From: Bryobacterales bacterium
GTDB lineage: Bacteria; Acidobacteriota; Terriglobia; Bryobacterales; UBA6623
Reading direction: 5' to 3'
NCBI GenBank assembly: GCA_963422375.2
Contig: OY729428.2
Coordinates: 2,176,001-2,240,000 of the forward strand
DNA length: 64,000 nucleotides
Below the pieces are notes generated by a model. That model had not been told where the DNA came from. It made no database searches and worked only from the letters and a program-made list of their open reading frames with translations. The translations under genes were made by a program, and so were the position numbers. Below are positions 60,850 to 64,000 of this stretch, piece after piece. How positions within the stretch are numbered: position 1 is the first letter of the stretch; every line of letters starts with the position of its first letter.

Positions 60850-63522
60850 GTGGACCCGAGGACAATCATTGCCGGCTGCCTGCGTGTCGGAGTGGCGGCG
60901 ATCGTCCTAGCAACATACTTGGCGGCGACCGCGCCGGCGCAGGACCCGTCCGAGGAGCAGCCGGCCAGCGGGGCGGGGGAGCCGGCCGAGGGCCCGTCGC
61001 CGGAGAGCGATGCCGCCGTCGCGGATCGGACCCGCCTCAACCTGCTAGGCGAGGTCGACACCGAATCCGGCGAGGCCCGGCGCAACGAGAACGTCCGGCT
61101 GACGCTGATCGATAACAACGTCCTGAAGGAACTCCTGCGCCGGATGGGCGCCACGGCCACCATCGTCAGGGAATTCGCCGCCGAGCAGTCCTATTTCGGG
61201 CTCGAATACGGAGGGTCCCCCAAGCCCAGCCTGCACGTACCGAAGACCGCTCGGAACGACGTCAACGGCCAGGTCTCGTGGAGCCATCAGAACAGCGCCG
61301 TCTCGGCTCGCTCGTTCTTCCAGGTGGGCGACGTGCGGCCCGCCCGCACCAACGACTACGGGTTCAAGTTCGGCACCCCGCTCGGAGCGGGCGCGGCCCT
61401 GTCGCTGCAGGGGAGCCAGCGCAGGCTATTCGGGCAGGTGAACGGCAACGTCTTGGTCCCGGCCGCCGACGAGCGGGTCCCTACGGCGCGGGACCCGGCC
61501 AAGCGCGCCTTGGTGGAGCGGATCATCGGCGCCTACCCCGACGAGCTCCCGAACCGCACCGACATCAACGTGCGGGCGCTGAATACCAACGCCCCGCAGA
61601 AGATCCGCAACGACCGGGCCAGCGCCGTGCTCGACCGGGGCTCGGGGGACGGAAGGGTGTCGCTGCGCTACGGCGTGACCCTGCAGCATGTGGAGGCGTT
61701 CCAGCTGGTCGGCGGCCAGAATCCCGACACGACCACGAAGAATCACAGCGCGCGCGCCACCTGGAGCCGGGCGTGGAGCCCCTACACGGTCACCGATGTC
61801 ACGGCGGGTTACGAGCGCATCGGTTCGCTGCTGGTCCCCGAGGAGACCTCCCTCGGTCCGTTCTTCCTCTTCAGCCGCATCCTGCAGTCCATCGGTCCGA
61901 GCAGCAGCATGCCGATCGACAGGGTGCAGAACCTGTACCGCTACGGAGCGCGCATCTCCCGGCGGGCCGGCGATCACAGCCTGACGGCCGGCGCGGAGGC
62001 GCTGCTCAAGCAGGTCAACGGATTCGAGAGCAACAACCACCGCGGCACATTCAGCTTCCGGGCGGACTTCGGCCGGAACGCGGTGGAAAACCTGCTGGCC
62101 GGCGCGCCGAGCCAGTTCCGGTTCGCCATCGGAAACGCGCACCGCGGCTTTCGGAACCGCTCGGGCCTGCTCTACGCGGAGGACACTTGGAAGGCCCTGC
62201 GCGGACTGACCCTCCGACTCGGCCTGCGCTACGAGCCGGTCGGCAGCCCCGGCGAGATCAACAACCTCAGCCAAGTCCAGTACGACTCCGATTGGAACAA
62301 CCTCGCTCCCTCGATCGGATTCGCCTACAGGCCGTCGGGGATGCCCGGCGTGCTGCGAGGGGCGTACGGGCTGCACTACGGCCAGCTCTTCAACGCCACC
62401 TTCATGCAGTCGCGGTTCAACACGCCGGGAGTCCTGGCCGTCGTAATCAACGCGGCGGATCTGATCGACCCGCTGGCCGAGCTGGCGCCTTCCGATCTGG
62501 ACCCGACCGCTCGCAGCATTCGCTACCTCCTGGACCCCGAACTGTCGACGCCGTACTCCCATCAATACAACCTTTCTTGGACATTCGAGCCGAAGCAAGA
62601 CTGGGCCTTGGATCTCGGTTACGTGGGGAGCCGTTCGCATCGCCTGCTCAACCAGCGCTACACTAACCGGGCCCGACCCGTCGAGGGCATCCCGCAGACC
62701 ACCCGAACAATCAACAGGCGCCGGGCCGACCTCCGCTACTTCGACGTGCTCCACACGGTCAACGGATCGATCGGCTACTTCGACGCCGCCAAGGCCGCGC
62801 TGCGGGTGTCGAACTGGGCCGGACTCAACCTCGACGCGTCGTACTGGTTCAGCAAGGCGGTCGACCTCGCCTCCGACTACACCAACACGGCGGTCGCACG
62901 GGACGGCAGGCTGGCGCGCAGCCCGAGCGAGTTCGACGTGTGGGGCTACATGAAAGGGGTCAGCGAGTTCGACCAGCCGCACGCCGCGCTGCTCCGGCTA
63001 AGTTACTCGGCGCCCGCCCTCAGGGGCCTGCCGAGGCCACTGCGAGCGGTTCTGGACGGCTGGCAGGCGAGTTCGGTGGTGCTGTGGAAGTCGGGCACGC
63101 CGTTCGGTCTTCGCTCCGGCTCCGACTCTCCGGGAACCGGAAACGTCGACGGTGCCGGGAGCGACCGCCCGAACTTGCAGGATCCGTCCATCCTCGGCCT
63201 CGTCGTCAACCACCCCGATACATCGCGGGCTTTGCTGTCGCGGGATGCGTTCGAGTTCATCGAGCCGACCGATACAGGGGGCAACCTCGGTCGCAACACG
63301 TTTCGCAAGGACGGTGTCTGGAACGTCAACATGGCGCTGTCGCGGCGCATCCTGCTGCCGGCGAAGACGCCCCTCCTGCTACGGGCCGAATCGCTGAACC
63401 TGCTGAACCACCCCCAGTTCGCCGAGCCGGACATCAATCTCGCCTCGCGCACGTTCGGCGCGATCACGAACACCCTGAACGACGGCCGGGCGTTCCGCTT
63501 CACACTGCAGCTGTCGTTCTGA
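60850..63522 (+). CDS. TonB-dependent receptor-like outer-membrane beta-barrel (Oar-like)
   Basis: Signal peptide after GTG 60850; EDTWK...LTLRLGLRYE, DWNNLAPSIGFAY, VLRGAYG, TPYSHQYN, GNLGRNTFR, NLLNHPQF, C-terminal LQLSF. Confidence 0.85.
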   Translation: MDPRTIIAGCLRVGVAAIVLATYLAATAPAQDPSEEQPASGAGEPAEGPSPESDAAVADRTRLNLLGEVDTESGEARRNENVRLTLIDNNVLKELLRRMGATATIVREFAAEQSYFGLEYGGSPKPSLHVPKTARNDVNGQVSWSHQNSAVSARSFFQVGDVRPARTNDYGFKFGTPLGAGAALSLQGSQRRLFGQVNGNVLVPAADERVPTARDPAKRALVERIIGAYPDELPNRTDINVRALNTNAPQKIRNDRASAVLDRGSGDGRVSLRYGVTLQHVEAFQLVGGQNPDTTTKNHSARATWSRAWSPYTVTDVTAGYERIGSLLVPEETSLGPFFLFSRILQSIGPSSSMPIDRVQNLYRYGARISRRAGDHSLTAGAEALLKQVNGFESNNHRGTFSFRADFGRNAVENLLAGAPSQFRFAIGNAHRGFRNRSGLLYAEDTWKALRGLTLRLGLRYEPVGSPGEINNLSQVQYDSDWNNLAPSIGFAYRPSGMPGVLRGAYGLHYGQLFNATFMQSRFNTPGVLAVVINAADLIDPLAELAPSDLDPTARSIRYLLDPELSTPYSHQYNLSWTFEPKQDWALDLGYVGSRSHRLLNQRYTNRARPVEGIPQTTRTINRRRADLRYFDVLHTVNGSIGYFDAAKAALRVSNWAGLNLDASYWFSKAVDLASDYTNTAVARDGRLARSPSEFDVWGYMKGVSEFDQPHAALLRLSYSAPALRGLPRPLRAVLDGWQASSVVLWKSGTPFGLRSGSDSPGTGNVDGAGSDRPNLQDPSILGLVVNHPDTSRALLSRDAFEFIEPTDTGGNLGRNTFRKDGVWNVNMALSRRILLPAKTPLLLRAESLNLLNHPQFAEPDINLASRTFGAITNTLNDGRAFRFTLQLSF

Positions 63523-64000
63523 GAGAACTCGGTACGGCGCGCGTCTTCCTCTGCGCTAGCCCTGCAAGCCCGCTCGCTGTGGCGGTCCGACGTCGCTCTA
63601 ACCCATGCTCGGACTGCATCCGGCCAAGCCTGGGTCGATGCGGATCCTCGATGCCAGCGCGGCTGAAGCCTCGGCAGAGACCCGGACGCTCGGCGCGAGA
63701 GCGGGGCAGGGGATCGACGCGCGTCCTCGGAAGCCGCCACGTCCAAGGAATCCTAGTCCGTCGGGCTCGAACGGCCGCGTGGATCTTGGGGCAGGCTGCA
63801 TGCGCTCCTTGTCAGTCCGCAGCGACGCCGGGCCGCTCCTCGCTCGGGTCACCGAGGAGGGAGATCGAATCGGGGCCCCGATACGAAGCGCTCGCGAGCG
63901 CTCGCGCTGGGCGTCGTGACTTGACAGGATCGTGTGCAACGCGTCGCCCCTCAGTCCGCTACGGTCCGCAACTTCCTCTTTTTCAGCTAGTTACGCAATG

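Overview
GC-rich bacterial chromosome window, most likely from an Acidobacteriota (Bryobacterales-like) genome. That assignment is inferred from the Cys-rich RpoB insertion, the tuf-rpmG-tRNA-Trp-secE-nusG-rplKAJL-rpoBC gene order, the fused DUF507 gene and an Oar-like TonB-dependent receptor. Housekeeping content: tig-clpP, rsmA, serA with a class-V aminotransferase, lysC, a lolC/E-type permease, rodZ, the tRNA-Tyr/tuf to rpoC cluster, and a perfect parS palindrome suggesting proximity to the origin. Accessory content: two sulfatases, an SSS transporter, a KamA-type radical SAM enzyme, a MacAB-like ABC exporter, a MoxR ATPase and two Tat-signal enolase-superfamily enzymes. A 13.8-20.8 kb patch carries metal transporters, broken Cache-only genes and an isolated zinc-free L28 gene. 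Found beyond the ORF track: a degenerate IS200/IS605 tnpB remnant, a 48-aa membrane ORF, rpmG (zinc-free), at least six genes with leaderless-type promoters, a dispersed 29-bp IHF-like inverted motif, and two substitutions in the RpoC switch region. No intact new multi-gene system can be demonstrated from sequence alone. The best candidates are the zinc-sparing patch and the secreted Cache-only proteins.
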